The notes under the pieces were generated by a model. The model saw only the letters and a program-made list of their open reading frames with translations. It had not been told where the DNA came from and ran no database searches. From Mycobacterium sp. (GTDB lineage: Bacteria > Actinomycetota > Actinomycetes > Mycobacteriales > Mycobacteriaceae): a stretch of 64,000 nt of DNA. Both the position numbers and the translations under genes were made by a program. The stretch spans positions 5,587-69,586 of the forward strand of contig NZ_JAFBAT010000269.1 in assembly GCF_019247615.1 (NCBI RefSeq). The letters are read 5' to 3'. Position 1 is the first letter of the stretch. The number at the start of each line of letters is the position of its first letter. Shown one piece after another: positions 1-9,750 of this stretch.

Positions 1-520
1 GGCCGCCGGATCCCGATGCTGCCTGCGGGTCGGGGCTCGGCGCGGCCAGCACGTCGACGACGTCGCCGACCCGGACCAGGTCGATCAGTGCGCTGTCCGC
101 CAGATGCAGCGGCACGATGCGGGCGCCGGGTCCGGCCTTCGGTCCGATGGCGGCCTCGGCCAGCCGGCTCCCGAGGAGTCGGACATCGGTGAGCACTTCC
201 CCACGCCTCGTCGGACTGGCCAGCGTCGAACCGATGACGGCCCCCAGGTCGTTTTGCGAGCCGTCGGGAACCGTTGCGGCCAAGCGGTTTTCGATCCCAA
301 CATCTTCGAGGGTCAGGGCGGTGCCGGGACGCAGGTCGCGCACGGCCACCACAACCTCCGCGCGCTCACCCTCGGGGTTCGAACGCAGCGTGGCAATGCC
401 GGCCAGCGCGACGAGCCCGCCCGCGGCTAATCGCCGAGCCAGCACGGTGCGGGTCCAGTCCGGTCGCAGCGATGTCGAGATCCGGCGCAGCAACGCCGCG
501 TTCAGCGATGGTTCCCCCAC
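1..520 (-). CDS. SAF/CpaB-like domain protein, C-terminus cut by the window edge (Rv0990c-like position)
   Basis: Manual minus-strand translation from GTG (complement 518-520): VGEPSLNAALLRRISTSLRPDWTRTVLARRLAAGGLVALAGIATL..VVVAVRDLRPGTALTLEDVGIE..GEVLTDVRLLG. The frame is open to base 1. It is absent from the ORF track because it runs off the window. Confidence 0.55.
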   Translation of the reverse strand, partial: MGEPSLNAALLRRISTSLRPDWTRTVLARRLAAGGLVALAGIATLRSNPEGERAEVVVAVRDLRPGTALTLEDVGIENRLAATVPDGSQNDLGAVIGSTLASPTRRGEVLTDVRLLGSRLAEAAIGPKAGPGARIVPLHLADSALIDLVRVGDVVDVLAAPSPDPQAASGSGG

Positions 521-618
521 GCCGCAACCGTAAGCTCCATTCGGTCGCGGCGGTCCCGGCCGGAAGTCGGGCTGTGGATAACGGGATAACGGCTACATCA
601 AACGGCTAGGTCTAACGG

Positions 619-963
619 CTACGTCGAGGCGGGTGCTGCAGAGGGCGTGGCGCTCTCGGTGGACTTGGCGGCCGACCCGTTCTTGTGCGTTGACCCGTTC
701 TTCTCGCCCGAGCCGGAGCTGGACCCGGCGTCGCTTGTCGAGGACCCGTTGGCCGGCGTCTCCGGCTTTGCCGACTTCTTGCCGTCGTCGCGGCTGTCCG
801 TGCGGTAGAAGCCGCTGCCTTTGAACACGATTCCCACGGAGTTGAAGAGCTTGCGCAGCCGACCGGAGCACTTCTCGCATGTGGTCAGCGCGTCGTCGCT
901 GAAGCCCTGCACGACGTCGAAACGGTTGTCGCATGCGGTGCAGGCGTAGCTGTAAGTAGGCAC
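619..963 (-). CDS. FmdB-family zinc-ribbon protein with Ser/Gly-rich tail (Rv0991c-like)
   Basis: MPTYSYACTACDNRFDVVQGFSDDALTTCEKCSGRLRKLF: CxxC..CxxC zinc ribbon followed by a low-complexity tail. Confidence 0.85.
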   Translation of the reverse strand: MPTYSYACTACDNRFDVVQGFSDDALTTCEKCSGRLRKLFNSVGIVFKGSGFYRTDSRDDGKKSAKPETPANGSSTSDAGSSSGSGEKNGSTHKNGSAAKSTESATPSAAPAST

Positions 964-1036
964 AAAAACCTCCGGATGATTTCAGCCTTATTAGCACTCT
1001 ACTTTGTCAAGTGCTAAAACCGCCACGTGAGATGTC

Positions 1037-1660
1037 TCATTCCCAGGGGATTTCACCCGCAACCAGGGTCAGCACTCCCCGACGCGGCGTGATGACGTGC
1101 GTCATGGGCACGTCGTGCGTCTCCGCCGGTAACTCGTCGACGAACTCCTCATCGCGCACCATCGCGAGCAAAAGCGCTCCCGGGTGCCGGCCGGTCAGCG
1201 AGCGATCGTAGAAACCTCGCCCGCGGCCGAGCCGTACACCCCAACGGTCCACCGCCAGCGCGGGGACGATCACCAGACCGGCCTCGGCGAGGGCCGACTC
1301 CGGGAGCACAGGGGCCGGCGGCTCCAGCAGTCCCCACGGGCCCGGAGTCAGGGTTCCGGGCCGGTATTCGCCCCAGCGCAGCGGCAGTGGCATGCCCTGG
1401 CTTCCCGGGCCGGCGGTCCGCGCAACCGGCAGCAGCACCCGTCGCGAGCGGCGCAGCAACACATCCAGCATCTCGATGGACCCCGCCTCGGTGCCCACGG
1501 GCGCGTAGGCGCAGACTGTGTCTACGCTGCTCAGGCGGCTCATCAACGACTCCAGGTGCTTGCTGAGCATCAGCGCCTCGTCAGCGCGCACGGCGTCGGC
1601 AACCCCGCCCCGAGCCGCGGCCAGCTGCGCCCGCAACGCGGTTTTACTCGCGTGCACCAT
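1037..1660 (-). CDS. 5-formyltetrahydrofolate cyclo-ligase
   Basis: 207-aa ORF with the LLPV..WG..P and GRGRGFYDRSL motifs typical of MTHFS. It sits divergent from galU, as in M. tuberculosis. Confidence 0.8.
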   Translation of the reverse strand: MVHASKTALRAQLAAARGGVADAVRADEALMLSKHLESLMSRLSSVDTVCAYAPVGTEAGSIEMLDVLLRRSRRVLLPVARTAGPGSQGMPLPLRWGEYRPGTLTPGPWGLLEPPAPVLPESALAEAGLVIVPALAVDRWGVRLGRGRGFYDRSLTGRHPGALLLAMVRDEEFVDELPAETHDVPMTHVITPRRGVLTLVAGEIPWE

Positions 1661-1734
1661 GCGTCAACCATGACAGCACGGGTATTCGGCCTGCCATGCG
1701 GAGTCGGCTGATCCTGAGCGCTATGGTGTGAACG

Positions 1735-2649
1735 ATGTCGCGCCCAGATCACGTCCCGATCCCCTATACGGCGATCGTCCCTGCGGCCGGTCTGGGGACG
1801 CGTTTTTTGCCGGCGACCAAGACAGTTCCCAAGGAGCTGCTGCCCGTGGTCGACACGCCGGGGATCGAGCTCGTCGCTGAGGAAGCGGCGGCGGCCGGCG
1901 CCGAGCGCTTGGTCATCGTCACCTCGGCAGGCAAGGACGGAGTCGTCGCGCATTTCGTCGAGGACCTGGTGCTCGAGGGGACGCTCGAGGCGCGTGGCAA
2001 GAAAGCGATGCTCGACAAGGTCCGTCGCGCGCCGCAGCTCATCAAGGTCGAGTCCGTCGTTCAGGAGGAGCCACTCGGACTGGGGCATGCGATCGGTTGC
2101 GTGGAGCCCACGCTGGCCGCCGACGAGGACGCCGTCATGGTGTTGCTGCCCGACGACCTGGTGCTGCCGACCGGGGTGCTGGAGACGATGGCGAAGGCAC
2201 GTGCCGACTACGGCGGCACGGTGTTGTGCGCGATCGAGGTGGCTCCCGACGAGATCAGCGCCTACGGTGTCTTCGATGTGCAGCCGGGGCCCGACGGCGA
2301 CAATCCCGACGTGCTCAAGGTCAACGGCATGGTCGAGAAGCCCAAGGCCGAAGACGCGCCCTCGATGTATGCCGCGGCGGGCCGCTATGTGCTGGACCGG
2401 GCAATCTTCGACGCGCTGCGCCGCATTGATCGCGGGGCCGGCGGCGAGGTGCAGCTCACCGATGCGATCGCGCTGCTGATCAAGGAGGGCCACCCGGTGC
2501 ATGTGGTCGTGCATCGCGGATCTCGACACGACTTGGGAAATCCCGGCGGGTACCTGAAAGCTGCGGTTGACTTTGCGTTGGATCGTGACGACTACGGCCC
2601 GGATTTGCGGCGATGGTTGGTGGCGCGACTGGGCCTGACCGCGCAGTAG
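1735..2649 (+). CDS. galU: UTP--glucose-1-phosphate uridylyltransferase
   Basis: AIVPAAGLGTRFLPATKTVPKELLPVVD N-terminal nucleotidyltransferase signature; 304 aa. Confidence 0.95.
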   Translation: MSRPDHVPIPYTAIVPAAGLGTRFLPATKTVPKELLPVVDTPGIELVAEEAAAAGAERLVIVTSAGKDGVVAHFVEDLVLEGTLEARGKKAMLDKVRRAPQLIKVESVVQEEPLGLGHAIGCVEPTLAADEDAVMVLLPDDLVLPTGVLETMAKARADYGGTVLCAIEVAPDEISAYGVFDVQPGPDGDNPDVLKVNGMVEKPKAEDAPSMYAAAGRYVLDRAIFDALRRIDRGAGGEVQLTDAIALLIKEGHPVHVVVHRGSRHDLGNPGGYLKAAVDFALDRDDYGPDLRRWLVARLGLTAQ

Positions 2650-2742
2650 CCGGGCGATGACGCCGGGCCCGGCGAACGAAGCGGATCGGGCCTTTGGGCG
2701 GGCCGGGTGCCCGAGACGGCTGGATGGCAGAGAGGCGCGGAT

Positions 2743-4035
2743 GTGCGTTCTGTGGAGGAGCAGCAGGCCCGGATAACGGCCGCCGCGGTGGCCCCCCGAC
2801 CGATACGTGTTGCCATTGCCGAGGCGCAGGGATTGCTGTGCGCCGAGGAAGTGGTGACCGAGCGGCCGATGCCCGCTTTTGACCAGGCAGCCATCGACGG
2901 CTACGCGGTGCGCAGCGTCGATGTGCTGGGCGTCGGCGAGATCGGCATCGAGGGGCTCGGGGCAGTATCCGACGAGTCTGCCGGCGACGAGTACGGCCGG
3001 GAGGGGATCGTCCTGCCGGTGATGGGAACCATCGAAGCCGGTGCGCGCACACCCAGCCGATTGCAACCGCGGCAGGCCGCCCGGGTGCAAACCGGGGCCC
3101 CACTGCCCACGCTGGCCGACGCGGTCCTGCCGTTGCGGTGGACCGACGGCGGCGCCTCGCGTGTGCGGATTCTGCGCGGAGCGCCGTCGGGGGCCTATGT
3201 CCGACGCGCCGGCGACGATGTCCAGCCCGGTGATGTTGCCGTGCGCGCCGGAGCGATCGTCGGCGCGGCACAGGTCGGACTGCTGGCCGCCGTCGGGCGG
3301 GAACGAGTGTTGGTCCATCCGCGTCCGCGGTTGGCGGTCATGGCCGTCGGCGGCGAGCTGGTCGACATCTCGCGAACCCCGGGCAATGGGCAGGTGTACG
3401 ACGTGAACTCCTACGCGCTGGCGGCGGCGGCCCGGGATGCCGGGGCGGAGGTGAACCGCATCGGCATCGTCAGCAACGACCCGAAACAGCTCCGCGAAGT
3501 TGTTGAAGGGCAGATCAATCGGGCCGAGATCGTCGTGATCGCCGGGGGCGTCGGGGGCGCGGCCGCCGAGGCGGTGCGCTCGGCGCTTGCCGAGCTCGGC
3601 GAGATGGAAGTCGTCCGGGTCGCGATGCATCCGGGCTCGGTCCAGGGCTTTGGGCAGTTGGGCCGCGAAGGAGTTCCGACTTTCCTGCTGCCGGCCAATC
3701 CGGTCAGCGCCCTGGTGGTCTTCGAAGTGATGGTCCGGCCGCTCATCCGCCTCTCGCTGGGCAAGCGTCAGCCGATGCGCCGGATGGTGCAGGCACGCGC
3801 CCTGTCGCCCATCACCTCGGTCGCCGGCCGCAAGGGGTATCTTCGCGGTCAGCTGATGCGTGACCAGGACACCGGCGAGTATTTGGTACAGGCCCTGGGC
3901 GGGGCCCCGGGGGCGTCGTCCCACTTGTTGGCGACTCTGGCGGAGGCGAATTGCCTGGTGGTGGTTCCCAGCGGTGCCGAGCAGGTTCGCACGGGAGAGA
4001 TCGTCGACGTCGCCTTCCTGGCGCAGCGCGGCTGA
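2743..4035 (+). CDS. moeA: molybdopterin molybdenumtransferase MoeA
   Basis: VRSVEEQQARI..FDQAAIDGYAVRS..VHPRPRLAVMAVGGELVD..MHPGSVQGFG. Start set at GTG 2743 inside track ORF 2707-4035, by similarity to recalled MoeA1. Confidence 0.9.
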   Translation: MRSVEEQQARITAAAVAPRPIRVAIAEAQGLLCAEEVVTERPMPAFDQAAIDGYAVRSVDVLGVGEIGIEGLGAVSDESAGDEYGREGIVLPVMGTIEAGARTPSRLQPRQAARVQTGAPLPTLADAVLPLRWTDGGASRVRILRGAPSGAYVRRAGDDVQPGDVAVRAGAIVGAAQVGLLAAVGRERVLVHPRPRLAVMAVGGELVDISRTPGNGQVYDVNSYALAAAARDAGAEVNRIGIVSNDPKQLREVVEGQINRAEIVVIAGGVGGAAAEAVRSALAELGEMEVVRVAMHPGSVQGFGQLGREGVPTFLLPANPVSALVVFEVMVRPLIRLSLGKRQPMRRMVQARALSPITSVAGRKGYLRGQLMRDQDTGEYLVQALGGAPGASSHLLATLAEANCLVVVPSGAEQVRTGEIVDVAFLAQRG

Positions 4036-4056
4036 ACGGAACGACTGCACACGCCC

Positions 4057-4710
4057 GTGAACCTGTTGCGCTCTACTTCTCGTCATCCGGGTTGGCCCTC
4101 GGATGTCGGGCCGCTGCGGGTGCAGGCGGGGGTCGTCCGGCTGCGGGCGGTGCGCCTGCGCGACGGCGCCCAATGGAGCCGGATCCGCCTGGCCGATCGC
4201 GCGCATCTCGAGCCCTGGGAGCCCAGCGCGGACGGCGATTGGACGATGCGCCACACCGTTGCGGCCTGGCCGGCGTTGTGTTCTGGCCTGCGCGCGGAGG
4301 CCCGCCAGGGACGCATGCTGCCGTACGTCATCGAGCTCGATGGGCGTTTCTGCGGCCAGCTGACCGTTGGCAACGTCGTCCATGGCGCGTTGCGATCGGC
4401 ATGGATCGGCTACTGGGTCCCGCGGTCCGCGACCGGTGGCGGGGTGGCCACCGCGGCATTGGCGCTGGGGCTGGATCACTGCTTTGGTCCGGTGATGTTG
4501 CATCGGGTGGAGGCCACCGTGCGTCCGGAGAACGCAGCTAGCCGGGCTGTGCTGGCAAAGGTCGGCTTCCGCGAAGAGGGCCTGTTGCGTCGTTACCTCG
4601 AGGTCGACAGGGCCTGGCGAGACCACTTGCTGATGGCCATCACGGTGGAAGAGGTTCAGGGATCGATGGCATCGACGCTGGTGCGCGCTGGCCACGCGAG
4701 TTGGGCTTAA
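4057..4710 (+). CDS. rimJ: GNAT family ribosomal-protein-alanine N-acetyltransferase (RimJ-like)
   Basis: 217-aa ORF; GYWV..ATGGGVATAALAL..HRVEATVRPENAASRAVLAKVGFREEG is a GNAT acetyl-CoA-binding core; Rv0995 position. Confidence 0.85.
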   Translation: MNLLRSTSRHPGWPSDVGPLRVQAGVVRLRAVRLRDGAQWSRIRLADRAHLEPWEPSADGDWTMRHTVAAWPALCSGLRAEARQGRMLPYVIELDGRFCGQLTVGNVVHGALRSAWIGYWVPRSATGGGVATAALALGLDHCFGPVMLHRVEATVRPENAASRAVLAKVGFREEGLLRRYLEVDRAWRDHLLMAITVEEVQGSMASTLVRAGHASWA

Positions 4711-4861
4711 TCCTCGCCGAACGGTTGCAATGGCGACACGAGTGACTGTTGGTGCTTGTGAGAGGCAAATTACAGGTGTGTAATTGTGCTGGTCACATTG
4801 GCCCGGCCGCGTTGGCCACCGAGTGCCTCGCGGGCGCCGGACCAGTTAGGAGCAGGTCATC

Positions 4862-5899
4862 ATGCCAAGCATCCCGCAGTCACTGTTGTGGATTTCGCTC
4901 GTGGTGCTCTGGCTGTTCGTACTCGTTCCGATGCTCATCAGCAAACGCGACGCCGTTCGGCGCACGAGCGACGTGGCCTTGGCGACCCGCGTGCTCAACG
5001 GCGGTGCGGGTTCCCGCCTGCTCAGGCGGGGCGGGCCGGCCGCGGGTCATCGCAGTGACCCGCACTGGAAGCCCGAGGAAGAACCGCTCGAAGACGAGCT
5101 CGTGAAGGCTGAGGAGGAGGAGCGCGACCACGGCGACAACGACGACGCCGAGCAAGGCCAACCCGCGCATCCGGTTGTGATGAAGGTGCCGGCGGACGCG
5201 CGGGACGAGCCCGACTACTTGGACGTCGACGTCGTCGAGGATGCCGCGGCGCTCCCGGCGGGTGCCGGCGGCGAGCTCGCCGGGTCCGAGGGCGGCGTCG
5301 GTGAGGATCGCCCCCTCGACGAGACCGAAACCGAAAGCGGTGCGTCGGATGCCGAGCAGGACGACCGGTACGAATACATCGAGGACTCGTCGGGCCTGGA
5401 GCCCGAAGAAGACCCCCGCGAGGACGAGGATTCGGCCGTCTTCGTCGCGCCCGGCAGGTCACGACGTCGTCGATTCGACACCAAGACCGCCGCCGCCGTC
5501 AGCGCCCGAAAATATGCCTTCCGCAAGCGGGTGCTCATGGTGATGGCGGTGATTCTGATTGGCTCGGCAACGGCCGCTTTCGAGGTGTCGCCGACCGCGT
5601 GGTGGATGTGCGGCAGCGCCACCGCCGTGACCGTGCTGTACCTGGCCTATTTGCGCCGGCAGACGCGGATCGAGGAGAGGGTGCGTCGTCGCCGGATGCA
5701 GCGGATGGCGCGCGCGCGGCTTGGGGTGGAGAACGCTTACGACCGCGAATACGACGTGGTGCCCTCGCGGTTACGGCGCCCCGGTGCGGTGGTTCTGGAG
5801 ATCGATGACGAGGACCCCATCTTCGAGCACCTGGACAACGCGATGCCGATGCGGACCTTCGGTTGGCCGCGGGACCTGCCGCGCGCGGTCGGCGAATAG
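4862..5899 (+). CDS. conserved membrane protein with highly acidic central region (Rv0996-like)
   Basis: N-terminal TM (LLWISLVVLWLFVLVPMLI), long D/E-rich segment, two further TM helices; ATG start. Confidence 0.7.
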   Translation: MPSIPQSLLWISLVVLWLFVLVPMLISKRDAVRRTSDVALATRVLNGGAGSRLLRRGGPAAGHRSDPHWKPEEEPLEDELVKAEEEERDHGDNDDAEQGQPAHPVVMKVPADARDEPDYLDVDVVEDAAALPAGAGGELAGSEGGVGEDRPLDETETESGASDAEQDDRYEYIEDSSGLEPEEDPREDEDSAVFVAPGRSRRRRFDTKTAAAVSARKYAFRKRVLMVMAVILIGSATAAFEVSPTAWWMCGSATAVTVLYLAYLRRQTRIEERVRRRRMQRMARARLGVENAYDREYDVVPSRLRRPGAVVLEIDDEDPIFEHLDNAMPMRTFGWPRDLPRAVGE

Positions 5900-5949
5900 C
5901 GCTGGGGGTTCGGCGGTTCGCCGCACGGCTGGTAGCCTGCTAGCGATCA

Positions 5950-6025
5950 GGGGCTATGGCGCAGTTGGTAGCGCGACTCGTTCGCATCGAGTAGGTCAGG
6001 GGTTCGAATCCCCTTAGCTCCACCA
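5950..6025 (+). tRNA. tRNA-Ala (anticodon CGC), CCA encoded
   Basis: 76-nt cloverleaf: acceptor GGGGCTA/TAGCTCC with a G3:U70 pair, anticodon loop TTCGCAT, T-arm AGGGG-TTCGAAT-CCCCT. Confidence 0.9.
6000..6023 (+). repeat. left copy of the 24-nt direct repeat (tRNA-Ala 3' end; putative attL)
   Basis: GGGTTCGAATCCCCTTAGCTCCAC, identical to 12637-12660. Confidence 0.8.
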
Positions 6026-6056
6026 AGTTTGGGCAGGTCAGAGCACTCTACCCGCA

Positions 6057-6439
6057 TCAAGCTCTGGAAGCCGTCCGCAGAGCGTCCGCAGCAGCTTGGA
6101 TCGCCACATCCAAACGGTCCCCAACGCCGTCCAAGTCCTCATCGAAGAGATCGGCATAGATGTCGAGCGTCATCGACGCTTTGGCGTGGCCCAGCATCCG
6201 TTGAACCGCCTTCACATTCGCTTGTGCGCTTACCGCACAAGGCTTGCGGCTGTGTGACGCAGGTCGTGTGGCGTGATGACAGCGAAGTTCTCATCCGCCG
6301 ACCGGCACCTTGTGACTGCTGGCCGGAACACCCTGGCACGCCAATTGGAGTTCCGTAGAACGCCGCCGCGCTGGTCGGTGAAGACAAGATCGTCGCGGCC
6401 ATCCGGTGTGGCGCCGACTCGGTATTGAACCCGGTGCAC
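6057..6439 (-). pseudogene. tyrosine recombinase (phage-type integrase) remnant, frameshifted and N-terminally truncated
   Basis: Track ORF 6230-6439 reads ..DDLVFTDQRGGVLRNSNWRARVF..ITPHDLRHTAASLVR*. The next frame continues SAQANVKAVQRMLGHAKASMTLDIYADLFDEDLD..* (stop at complement 6057-6059). No N-terminal SAM-like or core-binding domain is present. Confidence 0.8.
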
Positions 6440-6655
6440 CCGGCGAGCCCGGTGCCCCCGGTGCGGATAACCCGGATGACCACCAACTGCACCGGGTTAA
6501 CCGCCTGCACCGGCACCAACATCCGGGTGCGATGCCCGGTGGCGCAACCCACGCGGAACGATCCATCCCAGTCTCAGAACTAACGTTCTTGACTTCTCAA
6601 ATGTCGCCTCACCGCGGGAGACCACACGCGCCGGGGCAACGGTTCGGTTCCTGTC

Positions 6656-7540
6656 TCAGGGTGCGAGCCCGACAAAGCCCGGCGGCATGGATGGCGCTGG
6701 CGACGGCCCCGCCGGACCGCCACCGCCGCCAGCGGTACCGCCGCCGTTGCCGCCACCGTCGGTGCTCCCACCGCCGCCACTGCCAGCAGCGTCCCCCGGC
6801 TGAGGACCAACCGCAGGAGGCTCCACCTGTCGCGGTGGAGGCGGCGGCTGTTTGGGTAGAGGCGGTGGCGCGACTGGCCGGGGTGGTGTCTGGATCTGCG
6901 CGCTCGGCGGCGGTGGTGGCGGAACCTGCGGCGGGTCGGGCTGGGTGATATCTCCGGAGGGAATCGCTGCGATCTGCCAAGCCGGCACTGTGCCATGCGC
7001 GTCACCGTCGGAGCGGTTTGCTGCGTAGCAACCCGACGCGAAAACACCGCTGTCCATCAAGTGTGGCGTCCATACCGCACCGATCCGCGTCGGTGACGTC
7101 TGGTGACCTACCCCTGCCACTGGACCAAGGATGGAGAAGCCGGCGTTGTTGGTTACATACGGATCGTAAAAATGGCTTGGGCAGTAGACTTGAATTGATG
7201 TGGCGATGAATCTGACCGCGGTCCTATGGACCCGTGCGGACATTTGGCGGTATTCCGGATTTTGCTCGAACATACCGTTCATCTCTTCGTCTACCACGGC
7301 ATAGACCGAGGCGCCGCCATCGAGTTCGCTACAAATTTGATGGGCTCGGGCGACGAGAGCAGGCAAGTTATCGAGGGCGGGAATCTGATCTGCTGCGAGC
7401 TGCGCCACAAACAGATCTTGCAGATCCTGCTGGCTTGGGCTTGGGTCGGCGCTTGCCGCGCCAGCGCAAATAACTGCGGCGGTCAGCACCATCGAGGCGC
7501 TAGCCAGAGCGTGGGCAGGACTGGTGATGCCGGTGCGCAC
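6656..7540 (-). CDS. secreted DUF732-like protein with Pro-rich then Gly-rich C-terminal tail
   Basis: Signal peptide (ASASMVLTAAVICAGAASA), then DLFVAQL..IPALDNLPALVARAHQICSELDGG, which resembles DUF732; the tail is PPQVPPPPPPS..PPPPPRQ..GSGGGGSTDGGGNGGGTAGGGGG. Confidence 0.65.
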   Translation of the reverse strand: MRTGITSPAHALASASMVLTAAVICAGAASADPSPSQQDLQDLFVAQLAADQIPALDNLPALVARAHQICSELDGGASVYAVVDEEMNGMFEQNPEYRQMSARVHRTAVRFIATSIQVYCPSHFYDPYVTNNAGFSILGPVAGVGHQTSPTRIGAVWTPHLMDSGVFASGCYAANRSDGDAHGTVPAWQIAAIPSGDITQPDPPQVPPPPPPSAQIQTPPRPVAPPPLPKQPPPPPRQVEPPAVGPQPGDAAGSGGGGSTDGGGNGGGTAGGGGGPAGPSPAPSMPPGFVGLAP

Positions 7541-7615
7541 GGCACGATCCCCGTTTCTTCGGTGTCATCTGCTCGGTATCTAATTCAACCCGAGTGACGA
7601 CGGGACGTCCATAGG

Positions 7616-8274
7616 TTGTTGGGCCGCCCTGCTCGCACCGGGTTCACCTCGTCGGCGTGGCTGAATCTTAAGGAACCCGAAGCTCTTAAGAGGGCCTACG
7701 AACTGGCCGCCGACGCGGACGTGATCGTGGAAAGCTACCGCCCCCACAAGATCGCCAACCTGGGGCTGTCGCCCGAGGAACTGGCCGCGCGCCGCCCGGC
7801 ATCGTCTACGCCTCCGCGCAGTGCTACAGCTACGACGGACCGTGGGCAGAGCGCGGTGGTTTCGACATGGAAGCGTTGTGCGTCACCGGGTTCACCACCT
7901 TAGAGGGCTCCCCGGAACAGCCGAAGTTTCCGCCGACATTCGTGATGAACGATTTCGTTGCCGGCTACCTCGGCGCGGCGGGCATCCAAGCCGCTTTGAT
8001 CCGCCGGGCCAAGGAGGGCGGCAGCTACCACGTGCGGGTTAACCTGGCCCGCTGCGCGATGTGGTTCAACTCCCTGGGCACCTTCGACACGGACGTCCCG
8101 GATACCGGCAAGCAACACCAACTGCTGGCCCCGGACACGATCACGGCCCAAACCCCCAACGGGAAGTACGTCCGATTGGCCCCGCCGGTGCAGTTCACCG
8201 AAACCAAGCCCTACTGGCGAGACCCGGTACTGGTGGTGCGCGGGTCAAGCAAGCCGGCATGGACAACCGTCTGA
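7616..8274 (+). pseudogene. family III CoA-transferase (CaiB/BaiF-like), 5'-truncated and frameshifted
   Basis: ORF 7616-7903 (..ADADVIVESYRPHKIANLGLSPEELAARRP) continues in another frame as GIVYASAQCYSYDGPWAERGGFDMEALCVTGF.. (ORF 7867-8274). A one-base loss lies near 7797. The N-terminal ~60 aa of the family are missing. Confidence 0.8.
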
Positions 8275-8634
8275 GGCTTCGCAGATCCGTGGGCTAAGCC
8301 GCGCACGGTCGGGTTGGCTCAACCAACCCAGCCGCACGGCCACTAGGAGAGCGACGTCTTCAGGCACAGACCGTCCGCAGTGCCCGCAGTAGCTTCGATT
8401 AGCCCCGGCGTCCGTCAACGGTGCTAACCTTCTGACCCGCGGTTTACCAGCCCAATCAACGCGACCAAACAGCAACAAACGCCCAAGGCCATCTGGTCCC
8501 CGGCAGCGCGCATCGCCGCGTCCAGATTCCCGGCCACATCGTCGAGGTCGTCGTCGAACAGGCGCATTTGACGCCGCGGGGTTGGTAATCGCGGGTGGGG
8601 TCCTTCAACAGCGATCCAGCGGCGAAGGGGGCAA

Positions 8635-9750
8635 TCAGGGCGGTTCTTCGATCGTGGATGGTTGGTCGGAGTGCTGGACATAGGCCGCTTCGCGAACCGC
8701 GTCGTCGGGTTCCAGGGCCGCGCCCAAGGCGCCTCCGATCATCGCCAAGGAGCTTGTCAGCCACGCTAATTCGAAGTAATCCCGCAGCGAGACCGGATGA
8801 CCGACGGCGTCGCGGAAAATTGCAGGCAGCACAAACCAGAACGCCGCGATCAACGCCAGCACATACAGTGCGGCATACAGCACGCTCACGCCAATGACGA
8901 CGGTCACCGTGGTGGCAATGTTGAACAACATGACCTGCTTGCGCACTTCGCGTGAGATTGTGGGTTCCCACAGCTCAGCTCCGATGATCAAGGTGGCTGT
9001 GGTGGCGCCGACGGACACGAGCCCCGTTCCGGCGAGCCGTTCCCATCCGAATGCATCCGACAGCCGCCAAATATCCGAGGTCACCAACGCAACGATCCCG
9101 ACGGCCACCGCGCCGGTCAGCGCACGCGACAATCGCAGCGACAACCGCCATGGCTGGTTCGCTGCCACCATCCCGCCCAAGAGGACCAGATTGCCCGTCA
9201 GCACGCGTGCGGTGTAAGCGAAAGCGCCATCGGCCGGATCTGTGCCCAGTTCCCGCACCCGCTCGATGAAGAACCGCCGCGACGGGCTTGCTGCAGCGTC
9301 GGCCACGGTGCTGCGTTGCTCGGGCAATCCGATCAGCCGCTCCAGCAGGCGCACAATCGTCTCGCGAATCCGCTGGCGTGTCCCCACCGCACCAACAGCG
9401 GGCACCGATATAATCGCCACGTTGTGCACGGGATTGGCGTGGGCGACGACGGGGCGTCGGTGAACGTGCAACGGAAGATCGGTCAGACAGACGACAACGT
9501 CCCAGGCGCTGTCGAGGAGCAATCGCCGCGCGGCGCTCACGATTGCAGCGTCGGTCGCCGGTGCCTGCACCAGGGGTCTCTCTACCGCCTCAACGCACCA
9601 CCGGGCACCGGGTAACCGCCGCTCGAGCTCTTGACTCAAGCCCGCATCAACGAGCTCACGGGCCAGTGAGTAAGCCGCACCTGGATCCCCGACCAGACCC
9701 AGTAAGATGTGTGGGTCGTCGGCGTGTGTTGGATCTTGTGCAGGCGCCAT
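8635..9750 (-). CDS. unassigned two-module protein: soluble alpha/beta-like N-domain plus multi-pass membrane domain
   Basis: Track ORF 8635-9888; the likely start is Met47 (MAPAQDP..) at 9750. Alternating strand-like segments (HILLGLVGD, WCVEAV, DVVVCLTDLP, VAIISVPA) are followed by at least 4 hydrophobic helices. No motif was recognised. Confidence 0.6.
   Translation of the reverse strand: MAPAQDPTHADDPHILLGLVGDPGAAYSLARELVDAGLSQELERRLPGARWCVEAVERPLVQAPATDAAIVSAARRLLLDSAWDVVVCLTDLPLHVHRRPVVAHANPVHNVAIISVPAVGAVGTRQRIRETIVRLLERLIGLPEQRSTVADAAASPSRRFFIERVRELGTDPADGAFAYTARVLTGNLVLLGGMVAANQPWRLSLRLSRALTGAVAVGIVALVTSDIWRLSDAFGWERLAGTGLVSVGATTATLIIGAELWEPTISREVRKQVMLFNIATTVTVVIGVSVLYAALYVLALIAAFWFVLPAIFRDAVGHPVSLRDYFELAWLTSSLAMIGGALGAALEPDDAVREAAYVQHSDQPSTIEEPP

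Noticed and set aside
1570-4695. 1041-aa minus-strand ORF spanning galU, moeA and rimJ
   Set aside because: It is antisense to three well-supported genes. The product is Arg/Pro/Gly/His-rich low complexity, typical of stop-free antisense frames in high-GC DNA.
6425-6560. Gly/Pro-codon-rich stretch (GAPGEPGAPG on the plus strand; ..TGGTGLAGCTGF.. and ..GAGAGG* on the minus strand) abutting the truncated integrase
   Set aside because: It could be a scrap of a PGRS, PPE-MPTR or collagen-like gene. No frame is open for more than ~45 codons with a recognisable motif, so the origin cannot be assigned from sequence alone.
8424-8681. 85-aa minus-strand ORF (..MRLFDDDLDDVAGNLDAAMRAAGDQMALGVCCCLVALIGLV..)
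   Set aside because: It overlaps the 3' end of the membrane-protein gene and pseudogene debris. It could be a small tail-anchored peptide, but there is no supporting signal.
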